A stretch of 40,019 bases of DNA, taken from the sequence record SRR22947727_5066; one strand, written 5' to 3'. The position numbers and the translations under genes were made by a program. Positions 10,172-19,360 of this stretch are shown one piece after another; the stretch's first letter is position 1; the number at the start of each line of letters is the position of its first letter. The notes beneath the pieces are model-generated. The model worked only from the letters and a program-made list of their open reading frames with translations. It made no database searches and was not told the origin of the DNA.

Positions 10172-11835
10172 CTAGCGACCTAACATCGCCTTTGAATAAT
10201 CAACGATGCGTAAAGCCGCTTCGTTGAATTCGGTGGTCTCGTTCGCGATAGCCTTTCCGTTTGGTAACACAATTTCAGGGGCTTCTGATTCAAAAAACAC
10301 ATTTCGGCCCAACCAGCCTGAATCCGGCTTTTCGCCAAGCAAATCCGCAATCGTCGGTGAGATATCGATGTGACTAACCAGTCCTTCGTTTCTGGAAGTC
10401 AGCAGCTGCGGATGACAAAAAATTAGCGGGACCCGTTCTCTAGGCAAGGCTTCGTTTTCGGACTGGCCGCTTTCGTGATCTCCATGAATCACTACAATGG
10501 TCGAATCAAGCAATTCAGCATTTTCAAGAAAAGCATTAACCCCCCGCAAGTGCCTGGTTCACCTGGCGGAAAAAATTAAATAATCTTTTTCCGCATCCGA
10601 AAATTCGGCTAACGCCGTCCCAAATTCAGCTTTCGTTTCCGCATGATAATTCCGAAACGGACTGTGGCTCTGCAAGGTAATCGCATACCCAAAAAACGGC
10701 TTGGGGACGGATTTTAGCTTCTCAACGGACTGCTTGAAAAAGGCACCGTCTTTCGAATTCCAGCCTGCGGCATCACCTGAAAATCGTTTCTGATTATGGA
10801 AATCAGCGAATCCCATTTTCGCATAGCGACGGATTCTTTCATAAAAGGATCCTCGATTCGAGTGGAGCCCAACGCACGTGTAACCCGCGCCGTTGAGAAT
10901 ATGGGGAAGCGGCGTCACCCGACTCCAATCAGCCGTTGCGAGGCCACTCCCAGTTGTCAGCGGGAGCAAGCTGAGCATAGCGGCCAATTCAGCATCTGAC
11001 GAGCCGCCGCCCGTATGCATCGCGATGCATTGCGGGAAATAGGCGTTTTCGGTTGCCAGTTTCTCGAGAAACGGCATAACCGGCTTTTCTCCGATTCGGC
11101 GCCCGAGCAAATCCGAATCGAGCGACTCCACTTGAACGATCAGCACGTTAGATCCCCGCAACGTGCCCGAAAACGGAGATGAAGTTGATTCCGTTCGTTC
11201 AAAGGGAAACGGAACCGTCCGTGTTTTCCGGGGAAGGAAATCCCCCAGCATCACAGCATAGGTTGGAACGATTCCGCAATGCGAACACCCCGGCGTGTAG
11301 CCATAGGCGTTCAATCGATCAAAAATCGGATAACAGACCAACTGAATTCCTAACAATGCGATTGCTGGAACCCCGATAAGAATGGGAATCAAACGCAGCC
11401 AGCCGCAATCGAGAGAACGAAGAGCAAATCAGACCAACCAAGCAGCTGTGACTGAATGTGCCCGCCGATCACGCCCGCTTTGTCCAGATTCCCCAGCTGA
11501 TTCCAGTGCCGCACCACCCCGAAATAATCGTAGTAGTTCGTGATCACCAAAAGCGTGACACTAAACAGTCCGCTGAAAATCCCGCAGAAAAGTCGTCGTC
11601 GTTTTCCTCCGAAAAACCAAATGGCGAGAACAAACGCTGGCGCAGCCAATCCGTAGATCCCAAATTTTTCAAAGCGGACCAAATTCCAGGCTCCTGCTTC
11701 TTCCGCTCCGAGAAACGCTTCATTGATACGTATCTGGAACGCAACCTAAGGCACTGCAAACAGCGCGCAAACCACAGCAATCTGGATAACAATGCGGATT
11801 TTCCTAATTCTATTTTTGAGCCTTCTTTGCCTCAT
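10172..11835 (-). pseudogene. LTA-synthase/sulfatase-like membrane protein, multiply disrupted
   Basis: Reconstructed from ATG 11835 (MRQRRLKNR..) with in-frame TAG at 11746-11748, a frame break near 11392 and frameshifts at A6 (10570-10575) and C6 (10540-10545); fragments carry TM helices plus NVLIVQVESLD, GGSSDAE, TLQSHSPF, HGDH and SHIDISPTI. Confidence 0.78.
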
Positions 11836-12127
11836 GCTCACATGGGTGTTTGTCTTAACGTCAGGCGCTTACGGGGCTCCATGGATAGAAAGAGCTCGCA
11901 TGTTACTTGCGTGCATTCTGATTGCAGCCTCAGCGATTCTGCGTCTTCTTCGATCCCCTTATGCCGTGCTCCCTTTCTTGCTCAGCTATGTATTTTTGAT
12001 CGTAAAAATATTGATGGATCCGCCCATTTTCGTTTGGAACCACGCCTTTTCATTCGGGCTCAACGGGATTATTTGCCTGCTTTTCTTTATGCCATCAGTC
12101 CGCAAGCCAAAGAGCGTCGCGAACTGA
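11792..12127 (+). CDS. Hypothetical membrane protein (~4 TM)
   Basis: 111-aa strongly hydrophobic ORF; overlaps head-to-head with the reconstructed 5' end of the neighbouring pseudogene. Confidence 0.55.
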   Translation: MRIFLILFLSLLCLMLTWVFVLTSGAYGAPWIERARMLLACILIAASAILRLLRSPYAVLPFLLSYVFLIVKILMDPPIFVWNHAFSFGLNGIICLLFFMPSVRKPKSVAN

Positions 12128-12205
12128 TTTCATGCAAACCCAGTCTCCAAAACTGGACAAATCGCTTGAATTAGACCATCATCGCCTCCTCGAAGACTCC
12201 ATTTT

Positions 12206-12982
12206 ATGAAATCAAAAACTTTCCTTACCATTTCACTTTGCCTTGCTGTTGCAATTAGCGCCACCACCTTGATCATCGGTCAGGATTCTGCTAAAAAGCC
12301 TGAAAAAGCGATCAAAGCATTGCTCGTCACCGGCGGTGGATACCACGATTACAAAGCGCAGAAAGACATCCTGACCGAAGGCATCAGCGCTCGCGCCAAT
12401 GTCGAGTGGGAAATCATTTTTGCTGACGAAAAAGAAACCAAAGCCAAACTCTCCGAAACAGGTTGGGCCGATAAATTTGACGTGGTTGTTTACAATTTGT
12501 GCCACGCGCACGAAACCGACAAAGCCTTTGTTGATTCCCTCTCAAAGATCCACGCAGCAGGAAAGCCAGCCATTGCGATCCATTGCTCGATGCATTCCTA
12601 CCATTGGAAAATCGAGGGTAAAACCAAGCAATGGCCTGCCATGCTCGGAGTGACTTCGCCACGACACGGCAAAAAAGCCGCCATCAAAATGGAGAACGTA
12701 AAAAAGGATCACCCGGTGATGAAAGGGTTCCCTGAATCATGGACTACTCCTGAAGGTGAGCTTTACCACATCGATAAAACCTGGGATACCGCGACGGTTC
12801 TTTCCCGCGGAACGATTGATGACGGCAAGAGCTATCACGACTGCGTTTGGGTAAATGATTTTGGCAAAGGCCGCGTTTTCGGCACGACTGTTGGGCATCA
12901 TAATTCTACGATGAAGGAGCCAATGTATCTCGATTTGCTCACCCGCGGCGTTCTTTGGGTGACCGGAAATCTCGAAGACTAA
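12206..12982 (+). CDS. ThuA-like (class I glutamine amidotransferase-like) secreted protein
   Basis: Signal peptide; ALLVTGGGYHDY, IHCSMHSY, HPVMKG, GELY, GKGRVFGTTVGH and RGVLW motifs. Confidence 0.88.
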   Translation: MKSKTFLTISLCLAVAISATTLIIGQDSAKKPEKAIKALLVTGGGYHDYKAQKDILTEGISARANVEWEIIFADEKETKAKLSETGWADKFDVVVYNLCHAHETDKAFVDSLSKIHAAGKPAIAIHCSMHSYHWKIEGKTKQWPAMLGVTSPRHGKKAAIKMENVKKDHPVMKGFPESWTTPEGELYHIDKTWDTATVLSRGTIDDGKSYHDCVWVNDFGKGRVFGTTVGHHNSTMKEPMYLDLLTRGVLWVTGNLED

Positions 12983-12993
12983 TTTTCGATTCT

Positions 12994-13099
12994 ACGAATC
13001 AGTAGGGTTGGTTCATCGAACAGCCCCTATTGGATCGTAAAGCCCTTGCGATCGAACCTTGTTGGTTCATCGAACTTACCCTGTTGATTCGTGAAAACC
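12994..13099. repeat. Composite repeat copy 2: 45-nt palindrome (12994-13038) plus two 22-nt tandem units (13056-13099)
   Basis: ACGAATCAGTAGGG..GTTCATCGAAC..CCCTATTGGATCGT followed by ACCTTGTTGGTTCATCGAACTT-ACCCTGTTGATTCGTGAAAACC. Confidence 0.85.
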
Positions 13100-13600
13100 G
13101 ATTGGACCACTTGGAAACCCACTATGCGGGCGAACCTCGTTTTTATTGTGGATGAGGAGACCAACAAGGTCCTTCTCATTCATAAAAAAACAGGAATCGG
13201 ACAAGGGAAAATCAATGGCCCGGGCGGGAAGCTCGAACCGGGTGAAACTCCCTTGGAATCAGCCATTAGGGAAGTTGAGGAGGAGCTTTTAATTACTCCC
13301 ACGGGCCTCGAAGAAATGGGAGTCCTGCGCTTCGCGTTTGTTGATGGCCTGCATCTCCATTGCATCGTGTTTCGAGCCTCTGGATACAAAGACGGCGAAC
13401 CAACCGAGACCCGCGAAGCCAAACCGGAATGGTTTCTGATTTCTGAAATCCCATACCCGCGCATGTGGGCGGACGACGCCTTCTGGCTTCCGCAAATGCT
13501 GGCAGGAAAGCATTTTGAAGGCTGGTTCGAGTTTGACGGCGAGTGGATGCTGACTCGGAAGGTTGAGATTGGAGAGAAGGAGCTGGAAGCAGGGAGTTAG
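13091..13600 (+). CDS. NUDIX hydrolase, 8-oxo-dGTP diphosphatase (MTH1-like)
   Basis: Nudix box GGKLEPGETPLESAIREVEEE; KKTGIGQGKING and IPYPRMWADDAFWLP motifs. Confidence 0.9.
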   Translation: MKTDWTTWKPTMRANLVFIVDEETNKVLLIHKKTGIGQGKINGPGGKLEPGETPLESAIREVEEELLITPTGLEEMGVLRFAFVDGLHLHCIVFRASGYKDGEPTETREAKPEWFLISEIPYPRMWADDAFWLPQMLAGKHFEGWFEFDGEWMLTRKVEIGEKELEAGS

Positions 13601-13644
13601 GAGCGGGAATGGCTTTGGCCCTGAATCCAGAACCCTTCTTCCCG

Positions 13645-13833
13645 TCACGACAAATTCGTCTCCTTTGGCTTCACTGATCCGCGTCGTAATTTCGGGGCGT
13701 AGTAGATGTCGTGCTGATTTTCATCCGTGTGGCGGGCCAGATCACGGGGGCTGTCGCAGGGAATCCAACGCTTCAACATCTTGGTCTTAAAAAGGCCGCG
13801 TTTGTCGTATTGAGTTTTGAATCGGATTGCCAT
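13645..13833 (-). CDS. Small basic hypothetical protein (62 aa)
   Basis: ATG-started ORF MAIRFKTQYDKRGLFK.. fills the gap between the NUDIX gene and tspO; no family recognised. Confidence 0.45.
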   Translation of the reverse strand: MAIRFKTQYDKRGLFKTKMLKRWIPCDSPRDLARHTDENQHDIYYAPKLRRGSVKPKETNLS

Positions 13834-13882
13834 GCCAGGGGTTGAACGATACGTTTCTTTGAACAAATTGCGACTTTCCTAA

Positions 13883-14359
13883 GTGATGCCCCTTCCCGTA
13901 AAAATCATCCTATCCATTGCAATTGTCGAAGCGCTTGGCTTTCTCAGTGGTTTCTCGACCATGTCCTCGCTGAAGACGTGGTATGTCGATTTGCAGAAAC
14001 CACCGGGAACCCCGCCCAACTGGATTTTCGGACCGGTTTGGACCGCGCTGTATGCGTTGATCGGTCTTTCTTTTGCGCTTGTCTGGCACAAAGCGAAACC
14101 CGGCCCCGAGAAAAAGCAGGCACTGACACTTTTCGTCATTCAACTGGTTCTAAATCTCGCTTGGACGCCGACCTTCTTTGGTGCGCAGCAGATATTGGCC
14201 GGCCTAGTGATCATCGTCTTGATGGCTGTGATGATTTATCTGACAATGCGCGCCTTCAAGAAACTGGTTCCCATGACCTTCTGGCTGCTGTTGCCCTATT
14301 TGCTGTGGGTGTGTTACGCGACGTATCTGACAGCGGGAAATTTTATACTGAATCGGTAA
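13883..14359 (+). CDS. tspO: TspO/MBR family tryptophan-rich sensory protein
   Basis: WY..LQKPPGTPPNWIFGPVWTALY, QLVLNLAWTPTFFG and LLPYLLWVCYATYL motifs. Confidence 0.92.
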   Translation: MMPLPVKIILSIAIVEALGFLSGFSTMSSLKTWYVDLQKPPGTPPNWIFGPVWTALYALIGLSFALVWHKAKPGPEKKQALTLFVIQLVLNLAWTPTFFGAQQILAGLVIIVLMAVMIYLTMRAFKKLVPMTFWLLLPYLLWVCYATYLTAGNFILNR

Positions 14360-14377
14360 TATAGCGTGGACACCAGC

Positions 14378-15526
14378 TTATTTCGGAGCACCGACGAGTT
14401 TGTTGACTGCGCCCCTGGATTTCAGCAACTTGTATTCGTAAGGAATGGAAAACGGCTTTGGTGACGGGGCCGTGATAAAACCTTCGTCCAGCGTACGGGG
14501 ACACTCGGCAGCTTCTTTGCTGACGATATCCGCTTCTGAATAGAGAATTTCATGCGGCGTCTCGTTCGGCAGAACATAGCGGATCACGCGCGGACCCGAC
14601 ACTCCACTATCCCATCCCATGTCGAAGATATTTCCTTCGGAGATGACCCGCGCATTGATGCCAACCCGCATTCCTTCATCGTTGACGTATCCGATGACGT
14701 TATTGAAAACGTGGGCATCCATATTCCGGAACTCTCCCGGCGAGCGCCCGTTGACCATCTCGTTGTAGCGATTAAAGGCAATCGTGATCCGTCCACGCGT
14801 ATTTGCGACCGCGTATCCGATGAGTGCCCCCGTTTTTGTTTCGAGGAAATTGTTGTTCGAAAAAGTGATCCGATCGGGAGTTCCGCTTCCAAGTATTATC
14901 GTGAATCCAATAATGTTCCTCACCCCAGATTTCGAGTCCATCGGTAGCGCCGTTTGAGAAATAGGGCGCCTCGTATGCATATGGCCAGCCGAGGTCGCCG
15001 GCGTGGGTTATTCCAACCAAAATTAGCTGACCTTTTTGAGCATTGAGCTGCCCCGATTTCACCGGAGTTTTCACAGGGGGAAGTTTGATCCCGTGATTGT
15101 TATTGGGAATCCCATACTGCCAGGTGATGTCAACGCCTCGCCCGTCGATCGTTTTGTATTTTCCAAACCCGGTCTCACCATCAGGAACAGACCAGGTCTG
15201 GCCATCGAGAGATGGATGAAAATAGATCCAGCGTGGCGTGGCGTCGGTAATTGCCTTCAGGAGAGAATCATCTGTGAGGCTCGTGATTTCAGTTAGCCCC
15301 CCTTCTGCGCCCCGATGGTTTCCGCACCAAAGCCAAAGCCAAAGCGCAGCGCCAAAAGGCTATTAATTCGATCAACCGGAGTAGCGAACGTTTCGCGAGT
15401 TTCCTCTGGAGGCTTGGTTGGAGTTTCAGTTTGCGCAATCGCAAGAACTGTGAAAAATCCGGCGATGATCAGGAGAAACACTCGAATTAGTCCTCTAGTT
15501 TTAGTCTGATCATGCGGGCTTTTCAT
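14378..15526 (-). pseudogene. Pectate lyase (PL1-like beta-helix), frameshifted twice
   Basis: Signal peptide + GFGAETIG; frameshift at C6 (15297-15302); middle frame has PRWIYF, KTIDGRG, DGLEI..HYWIHDNT; break near 14890; last frame has RITFSNNNF, RITIAFNRY, RSP, HVFNN and SEGNIF. Confidence 0.8.
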
Positions 15527-15661
15527 AGGTGAAAATGAGAGCCTAGAATTATCCGTCCGAAATGCCAACGGTTCGTTCAAGGGATAATCCGACTTATCCT
15601 TTTATTCAGAATCGAATCAAAAGCATTTGCAGCAAAGCTCCACGCGTATCAGGTTTTCCGC

Positions 15662-16084
15662 ATGAGCCTCGTTAGTGAACAACGTCCGCGTGTCCAAATG
15701 CCACGGCTGCTCCTGTGGATTGTCTGGATCGGGTTGACGCAGTCGATTATTCTTTATGCCGTGGTCGTAAAAATGGCCGCGAGACCTGCAATGCCCGAGA
15801 TCGATCCGGCCGCACCAGATTTGAAACTTATTTTCACAATTGTTTCAATCTCGTTGGTTGTCGTCGCTTTCATCCTTCGATTCACGGTGCTGCAAAACAA
15901 ACCGACTTTAGCCACTTCAATTTACATTGTGATTCTCGCTCTGGCCGAAGTCCCTGGCATCTTCGGGTTGCTTCAGGGGTTGCAAGGTGCTCCCATGAAA
16001 GATCTCTATCCCTTCTTTGGGATGTCGCTTTTGGCGTTGGTAGCATTGTCGCCAGCGGTTGTTCCGAAATCCGGGACGGCCTGA
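15662..16084 (+). CDS. Hypothetical membrane protein (~4 TM)
   Basis: 140-aa hydrophobic ORF with ATG start; LALAEVPGIFGL segment. Confidence 0.7.
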   Translation: MSLVSEQRPRVQMPRLLLWIVWIGLTQSIILYAVVVKMAARPAMPEIDPAAPDLKLIFTIVSISLVVVAFILRFTVLQNKPTLATSIYIVILALAEVPGIFGLLQGLQGAPMKDLYPFFGMSLLALVALSPAVVPKSGTA

Positions 16085-16101
16085 AACCTTGAATCGCCAA
16101 G

Positions 16102-16584
16102 ATGGAAGATCAGCCGGTCCGCTTCAAGCTTTCATATCTCCAAGAGAGATTTTGGAAAGCTCCGAAGCCGCACATTGATGCGTCCGACGGGCAGCGCTAC
16201 CACATTTTCCAAAAACACATTGGCTGCAACGGGCCGATTATCGGCTTGCGACAAAATGGAGTCAGCAAACTCCGCTTAAAACCAAAAGAACGCGGTCTTA
16301 AACAAACAATCGAAGTGCGAACGTGCGCCAAACCGTGGCAAACAACAGCAACACTGGTTTTCGGAGGTTTCAGCGGACAAACCCTCGAGCTTCCTACCTT
16401 TCATCTTGAAATGCAGGTCCAAACCAAAAACGAGATTCAATTGTTTAAAAATGAGGCCTTTTTTGCAAAAATGGACACCCAGAAATCTGCCATCACGGTT
16501 TATCCGGGGTTCCTCGACATTGCTGAAGAGCTCCTTTTACTCAGCTACTGGATCTGGGTTTCGTGGGCAAATGATAGCTCTTGA
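16102..16584 (+). CDS. Hypothetical protein
   Basis: 160-aa ATG ORF 17 bp downstream of the previous gene, same strand. Confidence 0.6.
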   Translation: MEDQPVRFKLSYLQERFWKAPKPHIDASDGQRYHIFQKHIGCNGPIIGLRQNGVSKLRLKPKERGLKQTIEVRTCAKPWQTTATLVFGGFSGQTLELPTFHLEMQVQTKNEIQLFKNEAFFAKMDTQKSAITVYPGFLDIAEELLLLSYWIWVSWANDSS

Positions 16585-16705
16585 ACGTTTCGCATTGAGT
16601 AACGTCTCACTTTTTTACGAAGTAATTAACCCTTGTTGAAAAACGAATTTGACGGATGGGTGATCGTAAGACAGCGGTTTCGTGACCGCCAACTCCCTTT
16701 TAGAT

Positions 16706-19345
16706 ATGTCCAAAGCGCTAATTATTGCCGAAAAACCGAGTGTCATGAACGACCTCGCCCGAGTTCTGGGCGCGAAACCGGGGATGTCTAAGTTCGAGCA
16801 GAAGAAGGATTTCTACGAAAACGACCAATATTTAATCTCGTCTGCGGTGGGCCACCTCGTTCAGCAACGTCTTCCGATGACGGCTGAGGGTAAGACACTT
16901 CCGTGGAAATTCGATTGCCTCCCGGTAATCCCGGAGCACTTCGAACTGGAGGCTAGCGAAGGCAACAAAGGCCGGTTGAATGTCCTGATCCGTCTGATGA
17001 AGCGGAAGGATGTCACCGAAATCATCAATGCTTGTGATGCCGGTCGTGAGGGAGAGTTGATTTTTCGCTACATCATTCAATTTTCTGGAATCGAGAAGCC
17101 AGCACGCCGTTTGTGGTTCCAGTCGATGACCAACAACGCGATTTTGGCTGCGTTTGACGATTTGCGCTCGGAAGAAGAAATGCAACCACTGGCGAATGCT
17201 GCGGTTTGTCGTTCAGAAAGCGATTGGCTGATCGGGATCAACTCGACCCGGGCGATGACGGCTTACAATTCGCGTTACGGCGGGTTCAACAAAACGCCAG
17301 TCGGTCGTGTTCAAACACCAACGCTGGCTTTGCTGGCTGAGCGTGAGATCGAGATCACAAACTTTATCCCGGAGGACTATTTTGAAGTTCAAGGCGATTT
17401 TGCGATCAAAGCTGGGAATTATCTCGGGCGCTGGTTCGATGAATCTTTCAAAAAGTCCGAAGACAAGCCCAACGGGCGTGCCGAGCGGATTTGGGATCGT
17501 GAAAAGGCTGAATCCATTGTGGCACGTTGCCAGGGGAAAACGGCGACGATCGATGAAAAGAAAAAGCCGTCGAAGCAGATGCCTCCAGGCCTCTACGATT
17601 TGACCAGCCTCCAGCGGGAAGCCAACGGACGCTTCGGATTTTCCGCAAAACGAACTCTGGGAATTGCCCAGTCGCTTTACGAGCGCCACAAAGCGCTGAC
17701 TTATCCGCGAACTGACTCGAAATTTCTCCCTGACGACTACGTTCCCAATACCATTGAAACGATGGCCAAGATCGCTAAGGAAAGCGGTGGCGTTGTTGGA
17801 AACATGCCCAAATTTGCGGCCAAAGTTGTCGAAGAATCTTGGATCAGCGGGAAGAACAAGCGGATTTTCGATGGAACCAAAGTGAGTGATCACTTCGCGA
17901 TCATTCCAACTGGCCAGTTCCCGAAAGCGCTCGATGAATACGAGAAGAAACTTTACGACATGGTGTCGCGTCGATTCATCGCTGCGTTTTACCCTGCGGC
18001 TGAGTTCGAGCTGACCTCGCGGATTTCGCGGATTGGTGAAGACGCATTCAAAACCAGCGGAAAGATCATGATCGTTCCCGGTTGGCTGGCTGTTTACGGA
18101 AAATCCGTCGCCGGAGATACCCCGAAAAAGGATGAGGAAGAAGGCAGCAAGAGCGACGACAAAATATTGGTTGCTGCTGCGCCCGGCGAAGATGCCGAGG
18201 CAGAAAACGTCGAGTGTCAGGACAAAGTCACCAAGCCACCAGCACGCTACAATGAAGCGACTTTGCTTTCGGCTATGGAAACAGCTGGAAAACGCGTTGA
18301 TGACGAAGCATTGCGCGACGCCATGAGTGAACGTGGTTTGGGAACGCCTGCGACACGAGCGTCCACTATCGAAGGACTTCAAAACGACAAGTATTTGAGC
18401 CGGGACGGCCGCGAGCTCTTTGTGAACAATCGTGGTCTCCGTCTGATCGAGCAGATCAAAAACATGAAGATCGATATTCTCGCTTCGCCTGAAATGACCG
18501 GTGAGTGGGAGCACAAGCTCAAGCAGATGGAAGCCGGGAAGCTGGATCGCCCGACATTCATGGCTGAGATCAAAGATCTGACCAAGAACGTGGTTGAGAC
18601 CGCCAAGCAAGCCGAACGCGACTCGCTCAATCGGGAATACCCCCGTTTCCCCGTGAGATGCCCGAACTGCGATGCGAGTGATTTAGGACAGGACGAAGGC
18701 CGCTATAAATGCACCAACACGGAGGACAGCTGTAAGTTTGCCCTCCCAAAAGTGCTGGCGACTCGACCGTTCACTGAAAAAGAGGCGTTGGAGCTTCTAA
18801 AAGAGAAGTCGATCGGACCCCTCACCGGTTTTATCTCGCGCTTTAAGAAACCTTTCGATGCGACGGTTATCCTCGAAAGTGACGAGAAGAAGAAAAATCC
18901 CGGCCTCAAAGCTGCGTTCGTTTTCGAGAAAACCGAAGCCGAGCTCGCGGAAGCCGCTGCGATTTGCGAAGAGAACAAGCTGTGCGAATGCCCGGTCTGC
19001 GATGACGGCTTCATTTACACCACTCCGACAGCATACGTCTGTAACAACCGCGCGATCGGAAAAGGCTGCAAAGGCCGACTCCGTCGCGAGATGTGCAAAT
19101 ACGACATTCCACCAGAACAGGCCAAGAAGTTCTTCGTCGATGGCGCAACTGATGTTATCGAAGATTGGATCTCCAAAAAAGGGCGTCCGTTTCAGGCGCA
19201 ACTGTTGTGCAATCCAAAAGGCCGGATGATTATGGGGTGGAAATTCCCACCGCGTGCTAAGAAAGCTGCGGCCAAGAAGAAGGCCCCAGCCAAAAAGGCA
19301 GCAGCGAAGAAGAAAGCAGCTAGGAAAAAAGTGGCGAAGGATTAA
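16706..19345 (+). CDS. topB: DNA topoisomerase III (type IA) with Zn-ribbon/C-terminal repeats and Lys/Ala-rich tail
   Basis: LIIAEKPS, INACDAGREGELIF, GRVQTPTL, catalytic LTYPRTDS, DHFAIIPT, GLGTPATR and SPEMTGEWE motifs; ATG 16706. Confidence 0.92.
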   Translation: MSKALIIAEKPSVMNDLARVLGAKPGMSKFEQKKDFYENDQYLISSAVGHLVQQRLPMTAEGKTLPWKFDCLPVIPEHFELEASEGNKGRLNVLIRLMKRKDVTEIINACDAGREGELIFRYIIQFSGIEKPARRLWFQSMTNNAILAAFDDLRSEEEMQPLANAAVCRSESDWLIGINSTRAMTAYNSRYGGFNKTPVGRVQTPTLALLAEREIEITNFIPEDYFEVQGDFAIKAGNYLGRWFDESFKKSEDKPNGRAERIWDREKAESIVARCQGKTATIDEKKKPSKQMPPGLYDLTSLQREANGRFGFSAKRTLGIAQSLYERHKALTYPRTDSKFLPDDYVPNTIETMAKIAKESGGVVGNMPKFAAKVVEESWISGKNKRIFDGTKVSDHFAIIPTGQFPKALDEYEKKLYDMVSRRFIAAFYPAAEFELTSRISRIGEDAFKTSGKIMIVPGWLAVYGKSVAGDTPKKDEEEGSKSDDKILVAAAPGEDAEAENVECQDKVTKPPARYNEATLLSAMETAGKRVDDEALRDAMSERGLGTPATRASTIEGLQNDKYLSRDGRELFVNNRGLRLIEQIKNMKIDILASPEMTGEWEHKLKQMEAGKLDRPTFMAEIKDLTKNVVETAKQAERDSLNREYPRFPVRCPNCDASDLGQDEGRYKCTNTEDSCKFALPKVLATRPFTEKEALELLKEKSIGPLTGFISRFKKPFDATVILESDEKKKNPGLKAAFVFEKTEAELAEAAAICEENKLCECPVCDDGFIYTTPTAYVCNNRAIGKGCKGRLRREMCKYDIPPEQAKKFFVDGATDVIEDWISKKGRPFQAQLLCNPKGRMIMGWKFPPRAKKAAAKKKAPAKKAAAKKKAARKKVAKD

Positions 19346-19360
19346 GCTAGAATTTAGCTG

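Noticed and set aside
11458-12174. 238-aa plus-strand ORF
   Set aside because: Overlaps the antisense of the LTA-synthase-like remnant and the better-supported membrane ORF; composition is not protein-like.
17213-18610. 465-aa antisense ORF inside topB
   Set aside because: Lies wholly opposite a conserved gene and has no recognisable motifs; a typical codon-bias shadow ORF.
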